From Ignavibacteriota bacterium (GTDB lineage: Bacteria > Bacteroidota > Ignavibacteria > Kapaibacteriales > UBA2268), in NCBI GenBank assembly GCA_020437395.1, contig JAGQWJ010000003.1, positions 2,973 to 66,972 on the forward strand: a stretch of DNA of 64,000 nucleotides, written 5' to 3'. The notes under the pieces were generated by a model that ran no database searches, was not told the DNA's origin, and saw nothing but the letters and a program-made list of their open reading frames with translations. Below, in pieces: positions 18,422 to 28,781 of this stretch. Position 1 is the stretch's first letter. Every line of letters begins with the position of its first letter. A program made the translations under genes and the position numbers.

Positions 18422-21400
18422 TTATGAGCAGCCGCTTGTGGTTCCGCAATCTTCGCAGACGGTACAGCTACCGTTTCGCTTCACCCGAGAGGAGCTACAA
18501 GTGCTACACATCTCGCCAGTATAACCCAAGCTACGTGCCTCGTCTAGCTCGGCTTGTTTCTTAGCTCTACCACCGTCATTAGTCGTTACAGCTTTTAGCT
18601 GCACTAACTGAGGTGCGATTATGTTTTTAGCGATGTCTTTTTCGTCTGGTTGCGAACCGCCTTTATCATCTATATCGTTCGATCTAGATTCTGGTGATTG
18701 CAACTCTGGTGTATCACCACCATTAGGATTGTTCTTGTCTTCATCTACTGCAAATACGTGAACTAGGTCATTTCTTTGTAAGTAGTCGTAGCCAAGAGTA
18801 CGGAACACGTAGTCAAGGATTGAAGTTGAGTTCTTGATTGCTTCGTGTCCTTGTACCATACCTGCTGGCTCGAATCTAGTGAATGTGAACGTATCTACTA
18901 GCTCTTCTAGAGGCACTCCATATTGCAATGCCTTAGATGCCAAGATAGCGAAACTGTTCAACATACCTCGGTATGCAGCGCCCTCTTTGTACATATCAAT
19001 GAAGATTTCGCCTAATTGACCGTCTTCGTATTCGCCAGTTCTTAGGAATATTTTGTGTCCACCTACAGTCGCCTCACGGATAATTCCTTTACGACGCTTA
19101 GGCAACTTGTATCTTTCTGATTTTCTTACAGATTGGCCTTCTATCTGCTCGTGTATTTCTTTAGCACCTAGAGTCTCATCAAGTGTATTTTCGTCACCTA
19201 ATAGTACTGTTTCTTCCAATCCATCATAATTAGCTGAGTTCAACGGTTGTGATAGTTTAGAGCCATCACGATATAGAGCGATTGCTTTCAACATCAGTTT
19301 CCATGACTTCATGTGAACTTCGCTTATGTTGTTCACCGTTGCGCTTCCAGACATATTTACTGTCTTAGATATAGCACCTGAGATAAACGGTTGTGCCGCA
19401 GCCATTATACGAACGTGAGCCATATAAGCTATAGAGCGTTCACCTTTTTTACCACAAGTATTAGCACAATCAAAGATAGGTAGATGTTCATCTTTTAGAT
19501 GCGGTGCACCTTCTATCATCATAGTACCACAAACATAATCGTTAGCTTTCTCAATTTGTTCTGGAGTAAAGCCAAGAGCAGCTAATAGATTAAGTGATGA
19601 GTCAGCTATTTCTTCGTCAGAAAGCCCTAACTTCATCAAGAAATCTTCACCCAAAGTCCATTTGTTGAAGGCAAATTTGATATCAAATACATCATCTAAC
19701 TGATCTTCTACTAATTTGATTTTTTCTTCTGTAAATCCTTTTTCTAGTAAAGTGGCTTTGTTTATTTCTGGACAACCAGCGAATGTACCGTGCCCTTTAC
19801 TATATTTAGTTATTTCTTCTATTTCAGTTTCAGTGTAGCCAAGTTTCACTAATGCTTTACGCACAGATTGGTTTACTATCTTGAAGTAACCACCACCAGC
19901 TAATTTTTTATATTTAACTATAGCAAAGTCAGGTTCGATACCAGTTGTATCACAATCCATTACAAGACCGATAGTTCCAGTAGGAGCTATTACTGTTACT
20001 TGTGCGTTGCGATAACCATAGTGCTCACCCATTTCTAGAGCATTATCCCAAACTTCACGTGCTGCAGTTAGCATATCTTGAGGACAGAATCGAGTATCAA
20101 TACCTTGTGGTCTGATAGTCAATCCCTCGTACTCAGAAGTTTTAGCATTATATGCGGCTCTTCTGTGATTTCGAATTACTCTTAACATGTGCTTTTCGTT
20201 TAGCTTATACTCTGGGAACGAACCAAGTTCTTTTGCCATTTCAGCAGAAGTAGCATAAGCTTGACCACATAATATAGAAGTCAGAGCACCAGTCCAAGCA
20301 AGAGCTTCATTCGAATCATAAGGAATGCCATTTACCATTAGTAAAGAACCTATGTTAGCATAGCCAAGTCCTAAAGTTCTGAATTTGTAACTTAGGTCCG
20401 CAACTCTCTTAGAAGGGAATTGAGCCATTAGTACAGAAATTTCTAATATGACAGTCCAGATACGAGCAGCGTGTTTGTAAGCTTCAATATCAAACTCACT
20501 AGTTTCTTCGTTGTAAAACTTCATTAAGTTCAAACTAGCTAAGTTACAAGCTGTGTCATCCAAGAACATATATTCTGAACAAGGATTAGATGCATTGATA
20601 CGACCAGACTCAGGGCAAGTGTGCCATTCGTTTATAGTTGTGTCATATTGCAATCCTGGGTCAGCAGACTTCCAAGAAGCTAAGTTGATTTTATTCCAAA
20701 GGTCACGTGCTCTTACGCGACGTACGTGCATCTCGTCTGTACGCCATTTTAGCTCCCACTCTTCGTCAGCTTCAACAGCTTTCATAAATTCATTAGTAAC
20801 ACGTACAGTATTATTAGCATTCTGACCGCTTATTGTATTGTAAGCCTCACTTTCGTAGTGAGTGTCGAAGGCTTCTGTTTCTAATGAAGTGAACCCTTGC
20901 TTTACTAGTTCTAAAACTCTATCAATATAATTCAAAGGAACGCCACGATGTGCCGCTCGTTTAATTAATTCTTTAAGATTCTTATTTTGCTCAATTTCCG
21001 CACTATTAGTAATTGCTTCTTCCATTATAGCTTCTAAGAATACTTTATTAATCTTAGAGCCAGTAACTAATGCAGCAACTTTTTCTTCTTCTTTAGCTTT
21101 CCAATCAATAAATTGCTCTACATCTGGATGATCTATATCCACAACTACCATTTTTGCTGCACGCCTTGTCGTACCACCAGATTTTATAGCTCCGGCAGCT
21201 CTATCAAATATTTTTAAGAAGCTCATCATTCCAGAAGATACCCCCCCTCCAGATAACGGCTCTTCGCTACTACGTAAGCGAGAGAAATTAGATCCAGTAC
21301 CACTTCCAAATTTGAATATACGTGCTTCACGAGTAATCAAATCGAAGATACCGCCTTCGTTTAGCATATCATCACTAACCGATTGGATGAAGCATGCGTG

Positions 21401-21940
21401 AGGTTGAGGTCTAGTATAAGCGTCTTTGGACTTTTCTACCTTCCCATTTTCAGGGTTAACGTAGTAATGACCTTGTTTGCTTCCTGTAATGCCGTAGGCA
21501 AAGTTCAAACCAGTGTTAAACCACTGAGGTGAATTAGGTGCAGCAGCTTGGTTCAATAGCATATATGCTGCTTCTTCGTAGAATATTTCAGCATCTTTTG
21601 TAGTATCGAAGTAATTATACTGTTCGCCCCAATGTCTCCAAGTACCAGCTAATCTATGAACTACTTGCTTAACGGAGTTCTCTGAACCCGTAACTTGCTC
21701 GCCATTTTCGTCCTTTATTTTCTTACCTTTTTCATCAAACTGAGGTACACCAGCTTTTCTGAAATACTTTTGTGCCAATATATCGGTTGCCATTTGTGAC
21801 CAACCAATTGGAACTTCTACATTTTTCATATCGAAAACAGTAGAACCATCTGGGTTCTTTATTGTCGATGAGCGGTGCGTATATTTGAATAGATCATATA
21901 CGTTCACGTCATCTTTGGTAAAATGTCGAGAGAATTTCAT
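18422..21940 (-). CDS. nrdJ: Adenosylcobalamin-dependent (class II) ribonucleotide reductase
   Basis: 1172 aa. Class II RNR hallmarks include [21 protein letters not shown]. Cys-rich C-terminal tail [28 protein letters not shown]. Confidence 0.9.
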   Translation of the reverse strand: MKFSRHFTKDDVNVYDLFKYTHRSSTIKNPDGSTVFDMKNVEVPIGWSQMATDILAQKYFRKAGVPQFDEKGKKIKDENGEQVTGSENSVKQVVHRLAGTWRHWGEQYNYFDTTKDAEIFYEEAAYMLLNQAAAPNSPQWFNTGLNFAYGITGSKQGHYYVNPENGKVEKSKDAYTRPQPHACFIQSVSDDMLNEGGIFDLITREARIFKFGSGTGSNFSRLRSSEEPLSGGGVSSGMMSFLKIFDRAAGAIKSGGTTRRAAKMVVVDIDHPDVEQFIDWKAKEEEKVAALVTGSKINKVFLEAIMEEAITNSAEIEQNKNLKELIKRAAHRGVPLNYIDRVLELVKQGFTSLETEAFDTHYESEAYNTISGQNANNTVRVTNEFMKAVEADEEWELKWRTDEMHVRRVRARDLWNKINLASWKSADPGLQYDTTINEWHTCPESGRINASNPCSEYMFLDDTACNLASLNLMKFYNEETSEFDIEAYKHAARIWTVILEISVLMAQFPSKRVADLSYKFRTLGLGYANIGSLLMVNGIPYDSNEALAWTGALTSILCGQAYATSAEMAKELGSFPEYKLNEKHMLRVIRNHRRAAYNAKTSEYEGLTIRPQGIDTRFCPQDMLTAAREVWDNALEMGEHYGYRNAQVTVIAPTGTIGLVMDCDTTGIEPDFAIVKYKKLAGGGYFKIVNQSVRKALVKLGYTETEIEEITKYSKGHGTFAGCPEINKATLLEKGFTEEKIKLVEDQLDDVFDIKFAFNKWTLGEDFLMKLGLSDEEIADSSLNLLAALGFTPEQIEKANDYVCGTMMIEGAPHLKDEHLPIFDCANTCGKKGERSIAYMAHVRIMAAAQPFISGAISKTVNMSGSATVNNISEVHMKSWKLMLKAIALYRDGSKLSQPLNSANYDGLEETVLLGDENTLDETLGAKEIHEQIEGQSVRKSERYKLPKRRKGIIREATVGGHKIFLRTGEYEDGQLGEIFIDMYKEGAAYRGMLNSFAILASKALQYGVPLEELVDTFTFTRFEPAGMVQGHEAIKNSTSILDYVFRTLGYDYLQRNDLVHVFAVDEDKNNPNGGDTPELQSPESRSNDIDDKGGSQPDEKDIAKNIIAPQLVQLKAVTTNDGGRAKKQAELDEARSLGYTGEMCSTCSSSRVKRNGSCTVCEDCGTTSGCS

Positions 21941-22285
21941 AGTGGGGTACCTATATTAGTGATAAATCATTGAAAACACTTAGCATAAATACAAGAAATG
22001 AATTTGGATGAGTGGGCAATACTGACAAAATAGTGGCTACTCAGCCAAATTAATTTTTTATAAAGACACAACTAAGTGGATACAATTAAAATGCTTTTTT
22101 TTATTCATTACAAGGTGTAATTATCAACACCAATCAATGATAGGACTTTAAAATTATCCACATTACTTAGTCCATATTTTTTCCTATTTGGAATGTAGTT
22201 TATGCTGCTTTTCTAAAATAAAAAATAAATTTGAAATAATCAAACGTAAGATGTTAACTTATATTGCGTTTAGAGATTTTAAATT

Positions 22286-22891
22286 CTAGAAAACATACTG
22301 AAAGAAACCACTAAAGACAGAAAAATCAATCAGAGCTGTAATTACTAATCCAGCTATTGCTCCCCAAAGATGGGCATTGTGATTTATATTATCTTGTGAT
22401 TTTTTATCTGCATACCAACAATAAACCAAATAAAGTATTGCGAATATTGGTGCTGGAATTGGAATCGGAAAGAACATAATATAGAGACTCATCTCAGGAT
22501 CATAGAGTATAAAGCTAAAAAGCAACCCTGATATTGCGCCAGAAGCACCAAGAGCAGCATAGCGAGGGTTATTTTTATTACGAAGATACGTAACCACATC
22601 TGCTAGTACCATAGAGCCCAAATAAACAATGAGGAATTGCAGCCCACCAACATAACTCTCATATTTGAAAGCAAAGAAGTAGAAAGTCATCATATTAAAA
22701 CCTAGATGAAATAAATCGGCGTGGATAAACCCACTAGTTATAAATCTGTACCATTCCTTGTTCTCATTCACAGCAACTGGGATTAACATCAGCTTATTAT
22801 AAAGAGATTGTTTTCTGTACATCACATAAAGCGAAAGAGCTATAGTAAAAACAAATATAGCAGTTGAAAATGGGATTAGACTAATATCCAT
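22286..22891 (-). CDS. Rhomboid-family intramembrane serine protease
   Basis: Multi-TM protein with HADLFHLGFNM, GASGAISGL (GxSG) and a downstream catalytic His region (NHNAHLWGAIAG). Confidence 0.85.
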   Translation of the reverse strand: MDISLIPFSTAIFVFTIALSLYVMYRKQSLYNKLMLIPVAVNENKEWYRFITSGFIHADLFHLGFNMMTFYFFAFKYESYVGGLQFLIVYLGSMVLADVVTYLRNKNNPRYAALGASGAISGLLFSFILYDPEMSLYIMFFPIPIPAPIFAILYLVYCWYADKKSQDNINHNAHLWGAIAGLVITALIDFSVFSGFFQYVF

Positions 22892-22893
22892 AT

Positions 22894-23496
22894 CTATGTT
22901 TTTTTATTTTGGTTCCAAGTTTTGTAATTATTCTTTTGAGTTTTTCTATTAGGTGGAATTTCTCTAAGTGGTTCACAAGGTCTAAGAGTCGCACGAAGTT
23001 CATTAGGTAATTTCTGATAAAGTTTAGTCCCCTCCGTTTTCCAATCTAACATTTGATCCGAAACATCTTTGACAATTTTTGCTGGATTACCCACTACTAT
23101 TTTTCTATCAGGAACTATCATATCTGCTGGAACAAAACAAAGTGCTCCTATTATACACCCATCACCTATTTTAGCGTTATCCATTACTACGGCATTCATA
23201 CCAACTAAGGTATTTCTTCCAATTTCACCCCCATGGATAATTGCTCCGTGACCGATGTGTGCTGATTCTCTAAGCAAGACAGTAACTCCAGGGAACATGT
23301 GTATAGTGCAGTTCTCTTGTACGTTGCAACCATCTTCTATTACTATACCACCCCAATCTCCCCTAATAGCCGCACCTGGGCCTATATAAACATCTTTACC
23401 AATTATTACATTTCCCGTAACTGTCGCATTTGGATGAATGTAAGCAGATTCATCTATAACCGGTTTGAAACCATCAAATTCAAATATGTTTGCCAT
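22894..23496 (-). CDS. Hexapeptide-repeat (left-handed beta-helix) protein, PaaY/CaiE/gamma-carbonic-anhydrase-like
   Basis: Repeated [LIV]G-x4 hexapeptides. The N-terminus MANIFEFDGFKPVIDESAYIHPNATVTGNVIIG is typical of this family. Confidence 0.8.
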   Translation of the reverse strand: MANIFEFDGFKPVIDESAYIHPNATVTGNVIIGKDVYIGPGAAIRGDWGGIVIEDGCNVQENCTIHMFPGVTVLLRESAHIGHGAIIHGGEIGRNTLVGMNAVVMDNAKIGDGCIIGALCFVPADMIVPDRKIVVGNPAKIVKDVSDQMLDWKTEGTKLYQKLPNELRATLRPCEPLREIPPNRKTQKNNYKTWNQNKKT

Positions 23497-24731
23497 TATC
23501 TTGGTATTATTACTGTTACTTTTGTTCCTTTTCCTAACTCACTTTCTATTTCCATACTTCCATCTAACAAATCTAAATTATGTTTTACTATTGATAATCC
23601 AAGACCTGTACCTTGGACTAAACTGGAAATACTATCTTCTCTTTTGAATGCTTCAGTGAGATTGCTAATATTAACTTTGTCAATTCCAATTCCTTTATCT
23701 TTGACCGTTATCTTACATTGATAACCGTTTGCTTTCAATTTCAGTTTTATTTCGGGCGTATTGTGCGAGTATTTTACTGCATTCGAAAGTAAATTATTAA
23801 CTATTTGAATACACAAAATCTTGTCTGAATCCACGAAAATACTTTCCTTTGGTAAATTTAATTTTACAACTCTATTGTAAACCTTGTTCGTTTTCACCAA
23901 ATCTTTTATTTCTTTCGCTATGTCAAATACTTTTTTTGATGCCTTAACTTCTCCATGTTCCAATTTACCTATGTTAAGTACATTCTCCATTAAACCAGTC
24001 ATAGTATCGATAGATTTACTAATTTTATCCAAATTTTTGAGGAACTTTTCGTCGTCTCTTCTTTCATAAGACTTCTCTAACAAGAAAGTAGCAGATTGGA
24101 TTATGGTCAAAGGTGTTCTTAATTCGTGCGAGACCATTGAAATAAATTTTGTCTTAAGTTTATTGAGCTCCATTTCCTTTGCTAAAGATTTTTCTATTTG
24201 GTTTTTGACATTAAATAACTCTTTCTCAGACTCTATTCTTCTTTGATTCTCAATTTGTAAATCATTATTAATTTTTTCTAATTCAATAGATCTCGTATCA
24301 ATTTGTTCTTCAAGTTTAGAAACTATAGTTCTAATCTCATTTTTATCAGTTTGGTTTACAGTTACATCTTCAACAATAACCGTTAAGCCATATATAGTGC
24401 CATCGTCATCTTTAAGTGGATAGTAAGAATCTTTATAAAAAGTTCTTTCTAAATCCTCATCTCCATATTCCTCGATTAAAGTAAAATATTCTCCTGAGAG
24501 TGCACGATGAAAATTATAAAATGCTTTCTTTCTATCTTTCTCAGAATTAATATAATCCATCATACAGTGATTCAACTTTATATCGACCCCCCATATATTT
24601 TTCATTATAAAAAAGTGAGGTTTATTAAAATAGATATAATTGAAGTTTTTGTCTAATGCAAAAACAACAAGATTTGGATGACAATCAAGAATATTAGATA
24701 GTATTAATGTATTATTTGAACTATTCTCCAT
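23496..24731 (-). CDS. PAS-domain sensor histidine kinase (no adjacent response regulator)
   Basis: H-box SHELRTPL. N and G boxes (NLLSNAVKYS, DKGIGI, GTGLGLSIV). ATG at 24731 is preferred over the upstream GTG at 24767. Confidence 0.85.
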   Translation of the reverse strand: MENSSNNTLILSNILDCHPNLVVFALDKNFNYIYFNKPHFFIMKNIWGVDIKLNHCMMDYINSEKDRKKAFYNFHRALSGEYFTLIEEYGDEDLERTFYKDSYYPLKDDDGTIYGLTVIVEDVTVNQTDKNEIRTIVSKLEEQIDTRSIELEKINNDLQIENQRRIESEKELFNVKNQIEKSLAKEMELNKLKTKFISMVSHELRTPLTIIQSATFLLEKSYERRDDEKFLKNLDKISKSIDTMTGLMENVLNIGKLEHGEVKASKKVFDIAKEIKDLVKTNKVYNRVVKLNLPKESIFVDSDKILCIQIVNNLLSNAVKYSHNTPEIKLKLKANGYQCKITVKDKGIGIDKVNISNLTEAFKREDSISSLVQGTGLGLSIVKHNLDLLDGSMEIESELGKGTKVTVIIPR

Positions 24732-24774
24732 AACTGCAATATATAGAATTTCCAATAAATAATACACTTAACAT

Positions 24775-24813
24775 AGAAAAAAAACGCCCCAAACCGAAGT
24801 TCAGGGCGCGTTT
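24775..24813 (-). terminator. Intrinsic terminator (minus strand)
   Basis: Minus-strand reading: GCGCCC-tgaacttcggttt-GGGGCG followed by a T-run of at least 8. Confidence 0.75.
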
Positions 24814-24955
24814 CAACAGGAGGACCTATGAAATATAGGGGTTGTACTTCTCAGTACAATTATAAAGACGGTGACTAGTAATGATAAATTGTAGTTAATT
24901 TTGGCAAAAACTCAATTATTTTGTCGCATATTTGACGTTTGAGTGCTTTTTATTG
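24775..24955 (-). ncRNA. Candidate small RNA (or long 3' UTR of the SIMPL gene)
   Basis: Minus-strand TTGACA (24986-24981), an 18-nt spacer and TATAAA (24962-24957) lie about 180 nt upstream of the terminator. A CCUCCU motif sits just 5' of the terminator hairpin. No ORF of any length on this strand. Confidence 0.25.
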
Positions 24956-25050
24956 ATTTATATTCAATTTCAAAATTTTTTGTCAATTTATCTAATCTGT
25001 AACGCCTAATATTAGGTTATATTACTATTATTTGACTTTCTTTTTAAGAA

Positions 25051-25809
25051 CTACTCAACAGAAAATTCAGCCGTAATTACTGCTTTTATAGTTTTAAGTC
25101 TTGACTGAGTGTCAAAACTACCATAATCAGAAACCTCTGTAGAATTTCGGGAAGTTATCTGAAATACACCTTGAGAAGCACTTTGCAAAGTTCCCACTTT
25201 GCTTCCTGTGTTGCCTGCTAGTTTTTCCGCTCGTTCAAATGCATTTTTACTTGCTTCACCTAACATTTCCAATTTCAAATCCTCTATCTTCGTATAATAG
25301 TATTGTGGCTCGAAAGAACTAATATTAATACCTTGCTGAATTAAATCAGAAGAGGTTTGAGCTATTTCTTCAACTTTATCGAGATTTGTTGATTGGAATG
25401 ATATATTCATAGTCAATTCATATCCTTCAAGTTGGTTAGTTTCTCCGTAACCATTATTTTTCTGTTGATAAATTTCACGTGTATAAATTGCACTAAGCTT
25501 TATCTCATTTTCTGGTACGCCATTTTTTTTCAGATAATCGATTGTTTTAGCTTTGTAATCATTAATCATATTATAAGCAGAAGTCAGTTCTGTTGTTCTC
25601 GCTTTTATCAGTGACATCCATTGCCCCAAGTCCGATTCAATATCTTTTTGAGCATAACCTTTCACTTGAATGGAATTTCTATGAGCATTATCTATTCTTT
25701 TTGCTTCAGTAAAATGAGATCCTAGTAGCCAAGAGCCAACTATAATACCTATTGCTAAAAAAAGACCTAAAGCTGCATTGTTACTTTCCGTATTATTTTT
25801 TTTATCCAT
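25051..25809 (-). CDS. SIMPL (DUF541) domain protein
   Basis: N-terminal TM anchor followed by a SIMPL-like pattern (IQVKGYAQKDIESDLGQW ... IKAVITAEFSVE). Confidence 0.6.
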   Translation of the reverse strand: MDKKNNTESNNAALGLFLAIGIIVGSWLLGSHFTEAKRIDNAHRNSIQVKGYAQKDIESDLGQWMSLIKARTTELTSAYNMINDYKAKTIDYLKKNGVPENEIKLSAIYTREIYQQKNNGYGETNQLEGYELTMNISFQSTNLDKVEEIAQTSSDLIQQGINISSFEPQYYYTKIEDLKLEMLGEASKNAFERAEKLAGNTGSKVGTLQSASQGVFQITSRNSTEVSDYGSFDTQSRLKTIKAVITAEFSVE

Positions 25810-26030
25810 ACCCTTAAATTCCTGTTTTCAGAGATAATTACAATTAAAAAAATTAGTTATTATTTAAGAAATTAATATAGTCATGAATCCTATATTTTAC
25901 AAATAATTTTTTACTATTTTTATTATTCCGTATGAATTAATTCTATTGTTGATTTATAATATAAATTTGGATTGCACCTTCCTGTTTAGTCGAGTATGAT
26001 TCAATTATTTTACAATAAAATATTCAACCC

Positions 26031-26147
26031 ATACGGGGCTGATTGTAGTTGTGGTTTGCGATTAGCTACAGATAGTTAGCCACTCTTTGGCTATAATCGG
26101 ATGTTGAATTATTTCTAACTAGCCCCAGCGGGGCTCTATATCTGTAG
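26031..26147. repeat. Cluster of GC-rich nested palindromes (REP-like element or structured RNA)
   Basis: Hairpins TAGCC-actcttt-GGCTA (26077-26093) and AGCCCC-agc-GGGGCT (26121-26135). Outer inverted repeat CTACAGATA (26066-26074) / TATCTGTAG (26139-26147). GGGGCT also occurs at 26035-26040. Confidence 0.5.
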
Positions 26148-26190
26148 AATAGGATTTAAAAAACAAATAAGCTCGAGAGGAGCGGTATAT

Positions 26191-26224
26191 AAAAAAAAGA
26201 GAATCTTTTTCAAGATTCTCTTTT
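26191..26224. terminator. Bidirectional intrinsic terminator downstream of the hutU-SDR operon
   Basis: An A8 run, the hairpin GAGAATCTT-tttc-AAGATTCTC and a T4 run. Confidence 0.75.
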
Positions 26225-26304
26225 AAATGTAAATAGTTCGATTATTATTTGCCTGGACTCTTCAGTTGCTACGCTCCCTCAGAGTGACGCAGATTTATTC
26301 TAAT

Positions 26305-26913
26305 TTATTTTGGTTCGTAACCATCTACATAGAATACATCGGCACTTTTGCCGCTTTCCAATGCTTTGGAATATGACTTAGCGACTTCGCTTGATTTTGG
26401 CCACGGGTCTGTGGGCATTCCCATTTTTTCTGCTGTTTCTGATAAAAGTGGTGGATGAGCTACCATAATTCGTTTTCCATCTTCCATTTCCAAAGTTGCT
26501 CCTAGAGCAAATCCCTCCAGCCCTTTGTTCACTGCTGAAATAATAGAAGTTGATGGCCATGGAGCATAAGCGAACATACCTCCAGTAAGGATTATGGCAC
26601 CATTTTCTTTCAAATTCTTCATTCCGTATTTCGCTACTCTTAGCTGACCAGCGAATTTGCTGTTCAAACTCGATTGAATTTTCTCTTCGTCCAGTTCACT
26701 TACTGGTGCGAATGCAGCACTTCCTGCCGCACAAATTATAGCGTCAACTTTTCCTGTACTTTCGAAGAAATCGTGAACTGATTCAGGATTATCTATGTCT
26801 ATACTCACAAGTGAATTTCTGTGCCCAGAAATAACTTCATAACCTTTGCTTTCTAATTCAGCTACTATTCCTTTTCCTATTGTGCCTGTAGCACCTATTA
26901 CTATTGCTTTCAT
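26305..26913 (-). CDS. Short-chain dehydrogenase/reductase-like NAD(P)-binding protein
   Basis: MKAIVIGATGTIGKGIV Rossmann motif. The ATG at 26913 lies 1 nt after the hutU stop. The ORF-track start at 26982 overlaps hutU and is less likely. Confidence 0.75.
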   Translation of the reverse strand: MKAIVIGATGTIGKGIVAELESKGYEVISGHRNSLVSIDIDNPESVHDFFESTGKVDAIICAAGSAAFAPVSELDEEKIQSSLNSKFAGQLRVAKYGMKNLKENGAIILTGGMFAYAPWPSTSIISAVNKGLEGFALGATLEMEDGKRIMVAHPPLLSETAEKMGMPTDPWPKSSEVAKSYSKALESGKSADVFYVDGYEPK

Positions 26914-26914
26914 A

Positions 26915-28573
26915 TTACTTACCCATTGGTATATTAATATCGAATTTTTTTGCGTTCTCTGCGGCTCTTTCGTAGCCAGCATCTGTATGTCTTAGTATCC
27001 CCATTAGTGGGTCGTAAGTTAACACTCTTTCTAATCTTCCTTTTGCTTCGTCAGTACCATCTGCTACGACTACCATTCCGGCATGCTGAGATAGTCCCAT
27101 ACCAACTCCACCACCGTGGTGAAGAGAAACCCAAGATGCTCCCCCGATTGCGTTCAAAGCAAAGTTCAAGAATACCCAATCGGAAACTGCATCAGAGCCG
27201 TCTAACATTCCCTCTGTCTCTCTGTATGGCGACGCTACCGAGCCGCAATCTAAGTGGTCACGTCCAATTACTATTGGCGCAGAGACTTTGCCTGTTCTTA
27301 CAAGCTCGTTGAATAACTGGCCTGCCAATGCTCTTTCTCCGTACCCTAACCAACAAATACGTGAAGGCAAAGCTTGGTAACCGATATTTGCGGCAGCATT
27401 ATCTATCCACCTGTGTAATGGTTCGTTATCAGGGAATAAATTTTTGATTGCTTCATCAGTAACTGCAATATCATCAGGATTGCCTGATAGTGCCACCCAA
27501 CGGAAAGGGCCTTTACCATCGCAGAAAAGAGGACGTATATACTCAGGCACGAACCCTTTGAAAGCAAAGGCATCCTTGTATCCTCCATTAACTTGTGCAA
27601 TCCCACGGATATTATTTCCATAGTCGAATACAACAGCACCTTTTTTCTGGAATTCTACCATAGTCTCTACGTGAGTTGCTATGGATTTATATACTTCTGC
27701 TAGGTATTTATCTGGGTCAGAAGCTCTGAGTTTATCAGCTTCATCTTTACTATATCCAGCTGGGTAATAACCGTTTAGTGGATCGTGAGCTGAAGTCTGG
27801 TCAGTCACAACATCTGGTACTATTCCTCTTCTTAAAAGCTCGGGTAGAACTTCTGCCGTATTGCCGATTAGCCCAATTGACTTTGCTTCATTATTATTCT
27901 TAGCTTCGTTCATAACTCGAAGTGCATCGTCCAGATTATCAACCTTAACATCGCAATATCCATCGTGGATACGCTTATCTATTCTTGACTCATCAATCTC
28001 GACTGTGATAGATGCTGCACCTGCAAACTTAGCAGCAAGCGGTTGCGCACCACCCATTCCACCCATTCCACCTGTAAGTAAGAATCGACCGTTAAGAGTA
28101 CCACCGAAATGTTGTCTAGCGCACTCAGCAAAAGTCTCATAAGTACCTTGTACTATTCCCTGAGTACCAATGTATATCCAACTACCAGCGGTCATCTGAC
28201 CGTACATCATCAGACCTTTTTTATCCAGCTCGCGGAAATGTTCCCAGTTAGACCAATTTGGCACTAGATTCGAATTGGCTATTATTACCCTAGGTGCAGC
28301 CGAATATGTCTTAGCAACACCAACTGGTTTACCTGATTGGACTAATAGCGTTTCGTCTATATCCATATTCTTTAGTGTGTTCGTAATAGCGTCAAAGCTT
28401 TTCCAATTTCTAGCGGCCTTACCTAGCCCACCATATACTATTAGCTCTTCAGGTTTTTCAGCATTTTCGGGGTCTAGATTGTGGTGTATCATACGATAGG
28501 CGGCTTCAAGCTGCCAGTTCTTACAAGTTAATTCGGTACCTCTTGGTACAGTTACGGTTCTTTTTGTAGTCAT
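26915..28573 (-). CDS. hutU: Urocanate hydratase
   Basis: 552 aa. N-terminus [28 protein letters not shown], plus [13 protein letters not shown] and other urocanase-typical blocks. Confidence 0.9.
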   Translation of the reverse strand: MTTKRTVTVPRGTELTCKNWQLEAAYRMIHHNLDPENAEKPEELIVYGGLGKAARNWKSFDAITNTLKNMDIDETLLVQSGKPVGVAKTYSAAPRVIIANSNLVPNWSNWEHFRELDKKGLMMYGQMTAGSWIYIGTQGIVQGTYETFAECARQHFGGTLNGRFLLTGGMGGMGGAQPLAAKFAGAASITVEIDESRIDKRIHDGYCDVKVDNLDDALRVMNEAKNNNEAKSIGLIGNTAEVLPELLRRGIVPDVVTDQTSAHDPLNGYYPAGYSKDEADKLRASDPDKYLAEVYKSIATHVETMVEFQKKGAVVFDYGNNIRGIAQVNGGYKDAFAFKGFVPEYIRPLFCDGKGPFRWVALSGNPDDIAVTDEAIKNLFPDNEPLHRWIDNAAANIGYQALPSRICWLGYGERALAGQLFNELVRTGKVSAPIVIGRDHLDCGSVASPYRETEGMLDGSDAVSDWVFLNFALNAIGGASWVSLHHGGGVGMGLSQHAGMVVVADGTDEAKGRLERVLTYDPLMGILRHTDAGYERAAENAKKFDINIPMGK

Positions 28574-28712
28574 TTATCAATCTCAATTTATTTGTTTTCA
28601 CGAACTTGACGAATAACAAAAATAATAATTTCTAATGACATAAATTTGGCTTCATATTTGTAGGTAGAAAAGAGTCATTATTCGATCGAGCGTTTTTATA
28701 AACGACGATACT

Positions 28713-28759
28713 ACAGGACACTTTCAAACCTCCCCCGTTTGTAGTGTCCTGTTTTTTTT
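28713..28759 (+). terminator. Plus-strand-oriented intrinsic terminator with no plus-strand gene upstream
   Basis: Perfect 10-bp stem ACAGGACACT (28713-22) / AGTGTCCTGT (28743-52), a 20-nt C-rich loop and a T8 run. Confidence 0.5.
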
Positions 28760-28781
28760 ATTTCGTTAAGCTATGGTAGAT

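Noticed and set aside
21941-22285. NrdR boxes or a cobalamin riboswitch in the long nrdJ leader
   Set aside because: The candidate CCAC-N6-GTGT has the wrong spacing for the 16-bp NrdR box. The GGTGT-N8-ACACC palindrome has inverted arm order. Only an isolated GCCACT resembles the B12 box, and the rest of the leader is AT-rich with none of the conserved riboswitch helices.
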